Origin: Camelus dromedarius
Lineage: Eukaryota
NCBI RefSeq assembly: GCF_036321535.1
Contig: NC_087472.1
Location: 100,318,001-100,382,000 of the forward strand
Length of the DNA stretch: 64,000 nt
Direction of reading: 5' to 3'
Shown here: positions 11,338 to 23,714 of the stretch, in pieces
Position numbering within the stretch: the first letter of the stretch is position 1
Layout of the letters: every line of letters begins with the position of its first letter
The notes under the pieces: generated by a model
What the model saw: only the letters and a program-made list of their open reading frames with translations
The model's database searches: none
Told to the model about the DNA's origin: nothing
Program-made: the position numbers and the translations under genes

Positions 11338-13415
11338 GACTGACACTTACTTATTTTTTAAGGTTCAACTTTTAGGTGCTCTTTGGTGATTGAGGACATA
11401 GACTTTCCTTCAATGGCTAACATAAAACCTTTACCACCCAAAATCTAAACTTAAGCATGAAAATCAAAATCAGAAAAGGCAATGCTAATTTTATTTCCAG
11501 GAGAAAATAGAAGTATAGTATGTTCAATAGAAGCTGTTAGTTTTTTCCCTTCAGAATAGCATTAACAGATTTCTAACTAAACAAGAAACCAATGTAAAAT
11601 GCTTTCTCGTAGATTGGGTCTGCATGGCAGGGTCTGCCTTCAGGTCCCCGTGAATGGTGTTATCCAGGACTTTCATGAAATTCAAACACAAACAATATTC
11701 TCATGGAAGAATACCTTTTTAAACATCTGAAAGAATGGATTTAAAAGAATAATATTATTAAAGCATAATGTAAAAACAGGCCAAAAGATAATCGTTTGGA
11801 AGTGGATGGAAACAAACATTAACCACAGATAATGGATCTGCTGACTTGTGTGTGTGTTTTTAATTTCCCCCTTTCTTTTAAAAACACCGTCTTGAAACTC
11901 TTTCTATTTATTCACTGCTGCTTTCCTCTCTAATATTTTTATTCAGTGCCCCAGAATATTCAACAAGGGAGGCATACAAATTAAAATGTCAGAATCTTTA
12001 AAGACTTTTGAGCATTTACCATTTTCAAAAGACCTGAAAAGAAGGCTTCAGAACCATAGATAAGCATCTCAGAATAATTTCCAAAAACAAATGTGCAACT
12101 GGTCTTCTTACTAAGAGGGATTCCACACCAGACCTCATCAACATATTGTGACTTAGCAACATATTCTCCAAAAAGGAGGTGGGATAATGCCTCCATCTTG
12201 GTTCTGTTTATAAAAATCACTTGGAGGATTTGGAGTTTCAATCTTTGCACTTTGAGCTGTGAAGAGCAAAACAAATTCACTTCCCCTTGCTCCGCCCCCA
12301 AACACCTCACTATTATTGGTTTTAAATGACTTTAGCCAGCTTAACACTTTAGAGCTTAATTCTTTGGGTTTGAGTTGATAGCTAGAACAACACCCATTGA
12401 AAATGTTAGTACAAACATAGATAAATAAAGACTGCTAAAGAGACAGAAATTGTAGTCCCATGTTTTGTTTCATTGCTTAGTTTAAATTGCAAATGGTGTT
12501 GGGATTCTTTTTCTCCTGAAGGAAGGAAACTTTTTTTCTGTTCCCGGGCTTCATGGTTATTTCCTCCCTTCCACTGTTGGAGCCCGATAGAGCCAAACCT
12601 TACATCACAGGCATCTGTTTGCACTAGGAAACTTTTGGTAAAATACGACTGACCCTATAAGGTTGTTGCATGGAACTTTGGGTTACTCAGTAAGTTTTTA
12701 AAAGCTATATTTTGAAATCTGAAGGACAACTGTTGTGTACCTATGCTTTGTCTGGGAAAGGGAGTGAATTGAGGAAGAGTTTTGTCTGCCCGGGGGAAGG
12801 GAGCGGGTGTGGGAGACAGGAGCTTGAGTTCACAGACCATCAGAGACTTTCTCCGGCTACTCTTCAGGCTCTTTGGGTCCTTTTAATTTTGGCTAATTAG
12901 CAACACAATCACCCCCCATAGTTAGGGGCAGGGAGCTGTATTTCTAATACAGCTGTATTTCTAATCACTGTTCTAGGGCCGTCTACTGAACCAGGGAGAA
13001 TACTCCTCTTTCTTTGGCCAAGATCATCTTTCAATAGACAGGGGGACCCTTTGTGGGGCTGCTGCTGTATAATACTAGTGAATGTATATTTTCAACTGTT
13101 TCACTAGTGAGATGCAGCAAGAGAAATCTTAGACCCCATTTCCCTGAATGAAGTATTCTACTGAGCTCTCATGTGATAAAGTCAAAAAAGTCAATGGCAG
13201 GCTATCCTGGGGGAGATATGTTTGCTGTGGTAAACTCCAGGAGGAAAGCCTTCACAGCCACAACTCCTGCATTTATTCAACAAATATTAATTGATCTTTT
13301 TTCATGTGCCAGGAGCTATTCTGGGTGTTCAGAATACAGAAGTGAATAAAACAACAAAAATCCCTACCTTCATGAAGCTCCTATTCTAATGGGGAGAAAG
13401 GATACAGATAACAAA

Positions 13416-13845
13416 TGTTAATGGTTGTCCACCAAAAATCTATTTTCCACCTCTTCCTTGGAAAATGGGATGCTAACCTACATTTCCCAGTTTCCCTTAG
13501 AGGTAGGTATGGTCATGACACTAAGTTTTCACTGATGAAGTGAGAGTGGCAGTGACTTACACAACTTCCTAGACTGGGCTTTCAGACTGGTTGGGCCTCC
13601 TTCACGTTCTTGTCCCCCTTTTCTGCCAGTTGGAACCTGGCCCAGGTAGTAACCCAGCTTCAATCATGTGGATGAGAATAGTGCCCTAGGAGGTGGCAGA
13701 GCAACACAATGGAAGGACCCCAAATCTCTGAATGTCTGGAGCAGAGATACTCCACCGGTCTAGACTGTTCACTTCTCTATTCTTCAAGCCATGGTATTTT
13801 GGAGTTTCTTGTTTATAGCCATTTGGCAATACCGTAACTAACATA
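13416..13845 (+). mobile_element. MaLR LTR (MLT1I/J-like) inside L2
   Basis: CTACATTTCCCAGTTTCCCTT...GGTATGGTCATGACACTAAGTT and 3' AAGCCATGGTATTTTGGAGTTTCTTGTTTATAGC. Confidence 0.75.
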
Positions 13846-14487
13846 GTGAACAAATATATAAGACATGGTATGTCAGATGGGATAAATGCAATGGAGAAAA
13901 ATCAAAGAGTGATGAGAATAGAGAATACAGACATGGGGGAGGAGTTTTATATATATGGAAAGTGAACAAGGACTCACTGAGCTGACATGTGAGAAAGGTG
14001 TAAAAGAGCTGAGAGAATCAAGCAGTATAGATTATCTGGGGGAGGATATTCAGGCAGAAAACATGGCAAGTGCAAAAGCCCTGAGGTGAGGCTATGCCTG
14101 GTATAACTGAGGAACAAAAGGAAGTCAGCATGCTAGAGCAGAGCAGAGCAAGAGATAGAGTCAAAGAGGCGGTGAAGGGAGGAGGGCAAGGAAGTAGGTC
14201 ACAGATGGCCTTTGGAGGGCCCTTATGAGGACTTTGCCTTTTAATCTAAGTGGGAAGGGGAGCCACTGGAGGGCTTTGAGCCACATAGGAATATGATCTG
14301 GCTTCTGTTTTAACAGGATCCTTCCAGCTCCTATGTTAAGGAGATGCTCTAGGAGATGAAGGGTGGAAGTATGAGACCAGTTACAAAGTTATTGCAATAA
14401 TCTGGTTGACAATTGATGGTGACATGGTTTGGGATGGTAGCAATGGCGGTGCTGAGAAGTTGTCAGATCTCGGTTGTATGTTGAAGG

Positions 14488-15024
14488 TGTTACCGAGTCC
14501 ATACTCATTCTGCTCACTGCCTGACAGGCCAATAAATCAGGAGACCAGATGGTGAGGCAAGGAATAATGACTTTATTTGGGAAGCCAGCAGACCGAGAAG
14601 ATGGCAGACTAATGACCTGGAGAACCATCTTCCCCAAGTCAGAATTCAGGCTCCTTTTATACTAAAAAGGAGAGGGGGTATGCTTGTTGTTGCAAACTTC
14701 TTGGTGTAGGAATTCTTTGTTCTTGGAATCTTTTGTTCTTGCAGCTGTCCATGTGGGTCATATCATGGTGTCCCTGTAAATCTCCAACAAAACAAACTTT
14801 TTTTCTATTCTGCAACTTCTTATCTTTATAAGAATGGAAAATATCCTTAATATCCTTAAAGGTCAGAGCCTTGAGAACAGGCTCTCCTCTATATTTCAGG
14901 CTGTAGGCAACATTCTTTTACAAAAGGTACAGAACCAGCAAGAGTAAGCCTAGAAAACAGAGCACAGGGTTAAAGTCAAAGGAACAGATTTAATATGGAG
15001 TCAGATTTGTTCTTTTCTATTACA
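14488..15024 (-). mobile_element. ERV1-type solo LTR inside L2
   Basis: TG...CA termini, near-TSD AAGG/AAAG. Minus-strand TATAAAA at 14655-14661 and AATAAA at 14572-14577. Homologous to the LTR at 49468. Confidence 0.85.
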
Positions 15025-17139
15025 AAAGTAGAGCCAATAGAAGCTGCTGATGTAGAAGACATGGGGTGTAAGAGAAACAGAAGAGTCAAGGGTGATGCCC
15101 ACGTTTCTGACCTGAAAACTTAGAAGAGAGTTGCCATTTATTGAATTAGGAAAGATTCTCTGAAGATCAGGTTTGAGGGAGAAGAGAAAGGGTTAGTTTG
15201 GGGATATATTTAGTTTAAGGATGCCTCTTAGACATCCAAATAGAGATGCCAGGTAGGCACAGATGGATATGTAAATCTAGAATGAACGGGGCGATGCATC
15301 CGCACACAGATAATATTTTAAGCTATAAATTGGATGAGATCACCAGGGAAGGGAGGGAGGGGAAATGGAGAAGTGCTGTGAGAAGAGAGACCTGGGGCCC
15401 TCCAATGTTTACAGTTTGGGCAGTTGAAAAGCATGCAGCAGGGATGACCAAGAAAAACCCTTCAGTGAAGTAGGAGGAAAGGCAAGAGAGCTTGGCATCC
15501 CGGAAGCTGTGTGAACAAAGGATTCCAAGGAGATTATTCACCGAGAGGCACTGAGGGACAAAAAGGGAGCACTGCTCTGAGAACCGAAAAGCCCAGCGTT
15601 CTCTTGCCATTATTCAGCATCTATGAGACCTTCCATAAGTCTCTTCATAAAACTGAGGCCCAAAGAGTTTATCTGTGGAAGGGGGCAGCTAAACTCAATG
15701 ATCCAAAAGCTTTTTCCAAGCTATAAAAGTTTGAGGGAAAAGAAGAAAAAGCAAAAACTTCACTGTGACTTAGTTTTTATTCCTGAGCTAGACTGTAAGT
15801 GTCTTTTGAGGGTAGGGAACAAGCCCTGTGTACCTGTATCCTCACATCCCCCACAGGCTAGAGATTCTCATGGCAGATATACAGTAGATACCAGTATTTG
15901 ATCATTCCACATGAAACTCTTCAGCCTCATCTTTGTCTGAATACTAAGGATCACAGATGCAACTGATAGAAGAAATAGAGCCAGGTTCCCGTGAGAACAG
16001 AGTCCAGGAGGACACAGATATGTGAGCTCCACGTGCAGCACACAAACACCATTCATCTCTTGCCACCTCCTCTTGAGGCAAGTCTCTCAGTGAACCCTTG
16101 AAGCCAAAGATGTGTCTCAACTTTTTTCCCTTTCTTTCTCTGGTACATTTCCATCCCTGGAGATGGTAAAGAGGAAAGTAAAGCAGGCAGCCCAAGGGGA
16201 AAGGATTGTGGAGCCGAGGTACAAATAGAGCCACGAAATTCCAAGTGAATTATTGGGAAAAAGTTGTCTCTGTCAGTTCTTCAGTGGGAAATGTGAAAAT
16301 ATCTTGTTCAGGGGTATTTCTGATTAGCTTTGGCTATCATTTCCCATAGATAATAACTGACTGAAGCAAAGTTTTGAAGTGGCTTGCTTATTCTTTTGGA
16401 ATCTCTTCTGGAATCTCTTTTGGGTTTGTATCATGTCACGTGACAGCTTTTATGAACACTGTAGAATAGTGTATCTCCATTTTTTTCTCCCAGTGATTCC
16501 ATAGTGTAAACGGTGATTTTTCTAATGTGAAATGCCAATGAAATTTGTGAACCCGAGGCCTTAATTTTTTAAAGACTATCACCAAATGTTACATTGGTTT
16601 AACCTTTAAATCCTCAAAATAATTTTTGCTCAGCTGTTTCTTTCTCAAATGTAATGAATGGGATTTCAAGAACGCAGGCTATGAAATAATCTTAATAACA
16701 ATGTTTTCATACTAACCACTGACTTAAATGATTTCCCAATAGCTTGTTGTTGAAAGACAATCAAAACAGAGCAGAGAAGATTCCTTAAAAAAAAAGCTGC
16801 AGAATTTGTTTGTTGAAATTAAAAGTCTACTGATGGACCATTAAGTAATCATACTAAGTGGCCTCTTTTATTGTTAACATTTGCTTAAACTCAGGGTAAA
16901 CACAGAATGACTTATGAAATCACCTGATTTGGGCAACCTCAAGAAATCTGAGTAGTCTTTTCAGGAATAACAATGCTGTGAGAATAGCTTGTTTTCTCTT
17001 ACAACTCAGAATTATTTCATTTTGTACTATTAACATGTTTGCAATCTGGATGGGCACTGCAGTTACTTTTGAGTAACTACATTTCTGAGGAAATCTGAGA
17101 TGTCTTATTGATCTAAACCAAGTAAGTGATTTAGAACTT

Positions 17140-17522
17140 CTTTTTTTCCCATTTTATTTATGTATTTATTTTTAATTGAAGTATAGTCGATTTGCAATGT
17201 TAGTTTCTGGTGTACAGCACAGTGATTCAATTATACACACACATATATATATATTCCTTTTCATTATTGGCTATTACAAGATACTGAATATAGTTCCCTG
17301 TGCTGTACAGTAGGATCTTGTTGTTGATCTAGTTTATATATAGTTGTTAGTGTGTATCTGCAAATCCCGGACTCCCAATTTATCCCTTTCCACTCCCTTT
17401 CCCTCCTGGTAACCATAAGTTTGTTTTATGTCTGTGAGTCTGTTTCTATTTTGTAAATAACTTCATTTGTGTCATTTACTTTAGATTCCACATGTAAGTA
17501 ATATCATATGGTATTTTTCTTT
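17140..17522 (-). mobile_element. Young artiodactyl-type L1 3' end (5' truncated)
   Basis: TTGAAGTATAGTCGATTTGCAATG...GTTCCCTGTGCTGTACAGTAGG...GGTAACCATAAGTTTGTTT...AGATTCCACATGTAAG. Confidence 0.9.
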
Positions 17523-17839
17523 CGATGCCTTGTTTTCTTTCCATTTCTTGCTCCTTTTAGTCTTCACTTACCTGGAGATGTAAACTCAAGAGGTGTTTGT
17601 ACAGCCTGCATTTTTAGTGACTTTAAGAACAGTTTTCACTGCCTTTGGAAGCCAAAAAGTTCATTCACTACGTGATAAGTTGTTTCCTCTCGATATTAGA
17701 AATAAAGCAGTTTAAAGAGCCAGGGAACTTTTCTAATAGGTTTCAAAGACTTGCATAGATAGAAACACTTTCATCTTTACCTTGCATCCTCTTCTTGGTG
17801 GTATGAAAACAAGATCTTTGCTATTGGCTTGTAAGATAG

Positions 17840-18490
17840 CGTATCAGTTTGCTTTCTACCTGCCAGTACCAGGAAATTTAATTAGAAACAGCTTAAACCA
17901 GCCCTTCTCAAATTTTAATGTGGCTAGGAATCACCAGGGGCTCCCAGGCATACTGATGCTACTGGTAATCTTACCACATCCTGAGTAGCAGGGGCTTAAA
18001 CAGTAAAAACCTTTATTACCTTGTGCAACAAGTCTGTAGGAAGGAAGTTCTAGGGTTGGTTCATTCCGAAATTTAATTCTGTCATCAAGAACCCAGGTTT
18101 TTTCTCTTTCCTCTCTGCCATCCTCAGCATATTGGTCCACAAGTTAGTCTCCTCATGGCTGTAAAAAAGCTGCAGCAGGGCCTACTATCACCTACTAACC
18201 CAGCCATGGACAGAGGCAGAAAGACCAGTGTCTCCCTATGTATTTCTTTGAGTGAAGAAAACCCTTTCCCAGAAGACTTTCCTTTATATCCAACTGAGCA
18301 GAATTGTGTCACAAATTTGTTCTCAAACCAATTACCAGTGATTGCCTTTGACTACTCAAGATTCATCCTGTGGGGCTAGAAGTGCCCTGACCTCCCTTGA
18401 AACACATAGCTTAAACAAAATCAGAGTTCTATTTGGTATGGAGAAAGGAGGTAACAGAGCCATTTGGTAGTCAGCCAAGAGTGTCCACCA
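17840..18490 (-). mobile_element. Old MaLR LTR (MLT1J/K-like)
   Basis: AACAGCTTAAACAG...CAAGTCTGTAGGAAGGAAG...GTCATCAAGAACCCAGG...CCTCATGGCTGTAAAAAAGCTGCAGCAG; interrupted by a MER5A. Confidence 0.7.
17899..17993. mobile_element. Internally deleted MER5A-like hAT MITE
   Basis: MER5A ends (CTTCTCAAATTTTAATGTG...AATCACC and ACCACATCCTGAGTAGCAG). Perfect 8-bp TSD GCTTAAAC at 17891-17898 and 17994-18001. Confidence 0.85.
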
Positions 18491-18737
18491 TAGGCAATGT
18501 CCAAGACTGGACTTCTAATTTGCATGGGCACTGCTTGGTTTTTTGAAAAAGAATTCAAAGCTCACTCTAACAAATTCCACTGGAATGAAAAAATCTCTAT
18601 GACCATGTGTCTGATCTTTAGCCAATGGATAACACATTCTAAGTAATATTAAATGCAACAAGTAGAGCCAACTCCACTGAAACTAATGAAGTTGATTGTT
18701 TATCTTTAGAGTGTTTGTCTTTTATTTAGATAGCGTC

Positions 18738-19098
18738 CTGTCTTAGTTTGGGCTGCTATAACATAGTACCATAGACTGGGTGGCTTATAACAGAAATTTA
18801 TCATCACAGTTCTAGAGGCTGAGAGGTCCGAGATTAGGGTGCCAGCATGGTTGGGTTGTGGTGAGAGTCTTCTTCCTGCTTTACAGATGGTTGCCTTCTT
18901 GCTGTGTCCTCACATGGTGGAGAGCAGAGAGGAAAGAGGTCCTCTCATGTCTCTTATAAGGCCACTAATCCCATTTGTGAAGACTTGACTGTCACGACCT
19001 AATCACTTCCCAAAGGCACTATCTCCTGATACCATCACAGTGGGAGTTAGAATTTCGACATATGAATTTTGGGGGGACACAAACATTCAGTCTATAGC
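18738..19098 (-). mobile_element. MaLR solo LTR (MLT1A-like)
   Basis: TGTCTTAGTTTGGGCTGCTATAACA...GGGGACACAAACATTCAGTCTATAGC. Confidence 0.9.
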
Positions 19099-20480
19099 TC
19101 TTCCCATCAACCCATTCCCAGGTTCAGGAATCTAGCACCTACACAAGACCTTTTTGGTCTTTTCAGGGGCCTCTTTTCAAATATACACTTCTCAGGGCCA
19201 AGTTTCAACCTCTGGACAATATAGCAGAGGAGAACTCACCTCTCAGGGCACTAACTAATGCCAATACTTTAATGTCTTCCAATGGATTCATTTTTTACCT
19301 TTCTCAGGCAATGTCCACAATGTAACACAGGCCTTTAATCACATAATCCCTAGTCTTGAGGACTGGCCTGGTTCATGAGGGAGGGTAGCTTAGTAGAACT
19401 TGGAGATGGACATAGTAGACCTTTACCATTTCAAAAGGAGACTACTTATAAAAATCAAAGATTATTGATCTCTAGATCTCATAATCTTAGATTTCAAAGG
19501 ACCAAATGAGGAAAAAACCTCCCAAATAGCTACTAAGAGACTGAAATAAGAGAGTAGAAATAAAAGAATATACCATTTACATGTTCCTGCCATAGGGAGC
19601 AGCACCGTCTCTCTTTCTCTGTCTTGAAACTCCTTCCTCCTGTGACTTTCCCTGATGCATGCACCCATTCATTCATCAAACACATATCAAATTCCTACTA
19701 CATGACCAAAACAACCCATTCTGTGTTTTATCCTAAAAGCCCTGCTGCTAAGTGAAGTTATTAAATTTAAAAAAAAGTTTCCATTAATATTAGTGGAAAA
19801 AATCAAGGTATATTCTATCCCAACCCCAGATACTGAAACTATTTTTGCAGATAGAAAAATAGATCATTTGAACAGTGAAGCCATGTTTCTGTGTGTAATA
19901 AACAATTTTAAAGCAAATAAATTTGAATTGGTAGTATAAGAAAGGTTTATCGAACTCACCAAAGGAAGACAGAAGAGTTGTTGGTGAGTGATAGTGTTGG
20001 AGGGCGTGCGAGGGAGTCATTCTTTGGAAGATGTGGAGAGTTGTGATTGACTTTCAGACAGGCATTCCATATTGGAGTCAGATGTGCCTATTGTTAATTT
20101 CTACTTACTTAAGACTTGGACACAGAGAGCACTTCTGACATGGATGACATTGGTATAACAGTTGAAGAAGTAGAATCTCTGAGTTGAAGAAAGACCAAGT
20201 GGAAGTTCACTTGTCTTCTCATAGTTTAACAGTGACAGTCCAAAATCGGAGTGATTCTGCATCCACTGTATGAGATGTTTCAAGTTTCTCAAATATCTCA
20301 TAACTTCTCAAGACATGATGTAATTTCTTAGAACATACAACTGATTGCATGCCCTTGGGCACTAGATTAGTCCAGGTCTGCTTCTGGCCTCATGAACTCC
20401 TCATCTTCCCTTCTGAAAGTTCCCTTCTAAAAGACTTCTCTGCTTAGAGGTGGTACACATGGTAATTAAGAGCAAGCGCT

Positions 20481-21019
20481 GGGGGAGGGAGACTGAAGGG
20501 GGCTAACTGGGTGAAGGAGGTCAAAAGGTACAAACGTCCAGTGATAAAATAATTAAGTCATGGGGATGTATTGCACAGCATGGTGAATATAGTTAATAAT
20601 ACTATATTGTGTATCTGAAAGTTGCTAAGAAAGTAAATCTTAAAAGCCCTCATCACAAGAAAAAAATTTCCTAACTATGATGATGGATATTAACTACACA
20701 TATTTGGTGATTATTTTGCAATATATACAAATATCAAATGATTAGGTTTGTAATTCGTTTCGTTGCCTGAAACGAATCAGTTGACCCTTGAACAATGCGG
20801 GGGTTAGGGGCACCGACCCCCCAAGCAGTTGAAAATCACCTACAACTTTACGGTCAGCCCTCTGAGGTTCTGTATCTGCAGATTGGACCAACTGCAGATT
20901 GTGTAGTACTGTAGCATGTATTTATTGAAAAAAGTCCGCATAGAAGTGGACCCGGGAAGTTCAAACTCATGCTCTTCAAGGGTTAACTGTAATCAATGAC
21001 ATCTCAACAAAAAAATAAG
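20481..21019 (+). mobile_element. L1MA-type 3' end
   Basis: GTCAAAAGGTACAAAC...CATGGGGATGTA...GAAAGTTGCTAAGAAAGTAAATCTTAAA. Degenerate TSD ATTAAGAGCAAGCGCT / ATTAAGAGTAAAAGCT. Confidence 0.88.
20778..20989 (-). mobile_element. Tigger2a-like Tc1/mariner MITE
   Basis: TIRs CAGTTGACCCTTGAA / TTCAAGGGTTAACTG followed by TA; internal GGGGTTAGGGGCACCGACCCC. Confidence 0.9.
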
Positions 21020-21319
21020 ATTAAGAGTAAAAGCTCTGGAGCCAGATTGCCTGTGTTCAAACTTCATCTACAGCTTCCTAGCTGTGTGACCTCAAAAATT
21101 TACTTAATCTTTCTGTGCTTCAACTTTCCTCACCTATATAATGGGATGATAGTACCTACTTGAGAGGGTTATTGTGAGATTTAATTGATTTAATAAATAA
21201 GAAGTACTCAGAACAGTATGTGGCACACAGTATGTGCTCAATAAGTGTTATTTTAGCTTCCCTTTCCCCTACTAACTATACTTACGCTGCTCAGAATTAT
21301 CTGCCTAAATGATCTTAAT

Positions 21320-21480
21320 AACTGCTTCCATGTATTGAGTGTCTACTATGTGCCAGACACTAGGCTAGGCTCTTCCTATACAATACCCATTCAATCATTG
21401 CTCATTATGCCTAGTTTACAGATGAAAGTCAAAGTCAGGAGACCCTGGCATTGGGACATACACAGTTCTTGAAAGTGACA
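21320..21480 (-). mobile_element. MIR SINE fragment
   Basis: TATTGAGTGTCTACTATGTGCCAGACAC...TTTACAGATGAAA. Confidence 0.7.
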
Positions 21481-22139
21481 GCATGCCCCTACTCGGCAAA
21501 AGAAGCTGAGAAAGAGGCTTTCCTTCATGCTTGGCCAGAGTTTTAAAGGGGGAAAAGAGTCGGGGCAGAGATGAGGCTGGGCAAGGGGAAGCAACAGGTA
21601 TCAACATGACAAAAGTGCGAGGGAGAGGTAAGATTCAGGGCGAGGAGACAGGCACAGCTGACTCTCCCACCGGGACACTCGCCCTCCGGAGCTCAGCTTA
21701 GCGCGCTGGCTTCTAGTGCAGCGCGGGGAGAGGGCTAAGCCCCCTAAAACGAGGCCCCAGCCTCTCTTTCCACCTCTCCCCTCGCTGCTTTCCTACCTCT
21801 GACCTGCACTGACTGCAGCCAGAAGGAATTACTATCTAGCTCTGTCTCCTCTAGGGAGTTTTTACTGATTAAAAAAGAAATCTTTCCTCCTTTGATCCCG
21901 TGTTCACATCCATCTGTGCTCCTCTTAGGGCGCTTTTCTTGCTCTGCTCCTTGGTGGTGTTCTTTGTGTCTTTGCCTCACCCTTTCTTACAAACCAGTGA
22001 CTTCCTGGAGGCATATGTCTGTCTCACCTCTGTATCCCTGCCATGCCCACCCAGTGCCTGCCAGAACCCTGATATAAATGCATTGAGTTATCTCCCTCCC
22101 CGTTCTCCTCTTTTGGGGTCTCTGCTCTGTGGTAGAGGC

Positions 22140-22350
22140 TGCATATTATAGGAGTTAAAAGGGCAGGCTCCAGAATTCTGTGTCTGAATCTCAGTTCTTC
22201 CGCCTCTTGGCTGCGGCTTTGGATAACTGACTGACCCTCTCTGTGCCTCCACACCATCATCTGTGAAATGGGATTGTGTGTGGGAGCAAATGACTTTGCA
22301 AATGTAAAGGACTTACAATAGCACCTAGCACTTTGTAAGTTCTCAATACA
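22140..22350 (+). mobile_element. MIR SINE
   Basis: CTCTCTGTGCCTCC...CATCTGTGAAATGGGA...GCACCTAGCAC...CTCAATA. Confidence 0.8.
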
Positions 22351-23379
22351 CCCTGGTGACGATTACATGGAATCTTACTTTTTGAAATCTAGTTCAATTT
22401 CAGCTCACCTAACAAAAGAAAAGCACCAGTGGTGAGTTTACATATGCTTGGCACTCGGTACACATCCTGTTGTCTTGATGTGGGGGTTCTATGCCTGTAG
22501 CAAGTCTAACAGGTGGACTGGCTTTTCAAACACCTCACTGAAGGTCACTAAATGTAAAAAACCACCGAGAAGGATGCTAACAAACTCAGCTAGACTTTCT
22601 ACATCCCATAATATTAAAAATAGATGTGTGTAAGTGCCATTTTCATTTTCACAGTGGTTTGTGGTGAATGTTGAAGTGGACTCAACCAGCAAAAGCACTT
22701 GGAGGCTCTGGTAACTCTGCCTTTCCCTCCCTCTTCACTTTCTGGACATGGATTTTGGTTTCTTTTCTCAAGTGACCTGGGTGGTGAATAGATTGTCCCA
22801 AGAGCATGAGGCAATTCTGTTCATGGTGTTCCCTGCTGCTCTTTTTCTAGGAAATCCACTTGTGTTCTAAGAAGATGATTACATTCACCTCTGACCTCAA
22901 ACATGTCATTGAAAAATTGAGCTAAGGCCAAAGTTTCTCCAAAACAGTTTTGTAGAGATTCAGATGCATAAAATAAATACACAACTTCTAAGTCCCCAAG
23001 AGTCTTAAAAACGACTGATGGACAACCTGTGTGACTAATGTAATTCACTTCATGTGAAGGCATATTTATATCATAGGGATTTCTCAGGGAACAAGGAAAC
23101 TCCCATCCCATAATTTCTGAAAAATTGAAACTAGTTCCTTTGGGTGCCCAGATCTTTCATTTTGACCCTTTAATTTAAAAAAAATAAATAAAGTGCTTTG
23201 AAAGTGTGATCCACACTGGCTGTTTTCTTTAAAAGAGAATATGGAAAACGCTTTAGTCCAGGTGGATAGCCTCTCCAGCCTCTCCTCACCATGACTCAGC
23301 CTGAGCACATCTTGACCGGTCAGAGTGAGCTCCGCTTCTATCCTCCTCTGTCCCAGGTGGAGTCATCTCTAACCACATA

Positions 23380-23690
23380 TCCCCTCAGAGAACCAGCCTC
23401 CACAGCTCCATCTCTCTCCCCCTACCTCAGTCAGTCCCCAAGCCCTGTTGATTTTGTCACCTGGCTATTTCTTTTCTTCATTTCTATCTCAGCTCCCACT
23501 GCCCCATTTCCAGAGCTCACCTCCACCTCTGCCTGGACTACTGGCAAAGCTACATCTCCACTCTGTGCAGTCACTGATGGTCCATTTAAAATAAGCATCT
23601 GCTCATGTCATATTGTTGTTTGAAAATCTTTCAATGGCTTCCAATTGCCTGCAGGATAAAGCCCACATTTGGGAAGAGAGCACATGAACC
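23380..23690 (+). mobile_element. L2 fragment
   Basis: Pyrimidine-rich L2 body: TGCCTGGACTACTG, AAAATCTTTCAATGGCTTCCAATTGCCTGCAGGATAAAGCCCA. Confidence 0.7.
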
Positions 23691-23714
23691 ATAGTTGTAA
23701 AAAATTTTTGAGAA

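Larger units (their letters stand above)
13268..15550 (-). mobile_element. L2 LINE 3' portion, interrupted by two LTR insertions
   Basis: L2 terminal CATTTATTCAACAAATATT at 13270 and purine-rich L2 body (GGGAGCCACTGGAGGGCTTTGAGC, AGACATCCAAATAGAGATG). The element rejoins across the inserts at 13416-13845 and 14488-15024. Confidence 0.85.
20449..21255 (+). mobile_element. MIR SINE split by an L1 insertion
   Basis: MIR head (GGTAATTAAGAGC) at ~20455-20480 continues at 21020 as TTAAGAGTAAAAGCTCTGGAGCCAGATTGCC through to CTCAATAAGTGTT. Confidence 0.85.

Noticed and set aside
11981..12329. Overlapping ORFs in unique sequence as a possible exon
   Set aside because: No recognisable protein similarity or convincing splice-site pair.
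20110..20290. DIGITVEEVESL peptide suggesting an ancient CR1/RTE LINE fragment
   Set aside because: Single short motif; the following frame does not continue into recognisable RT sequence.
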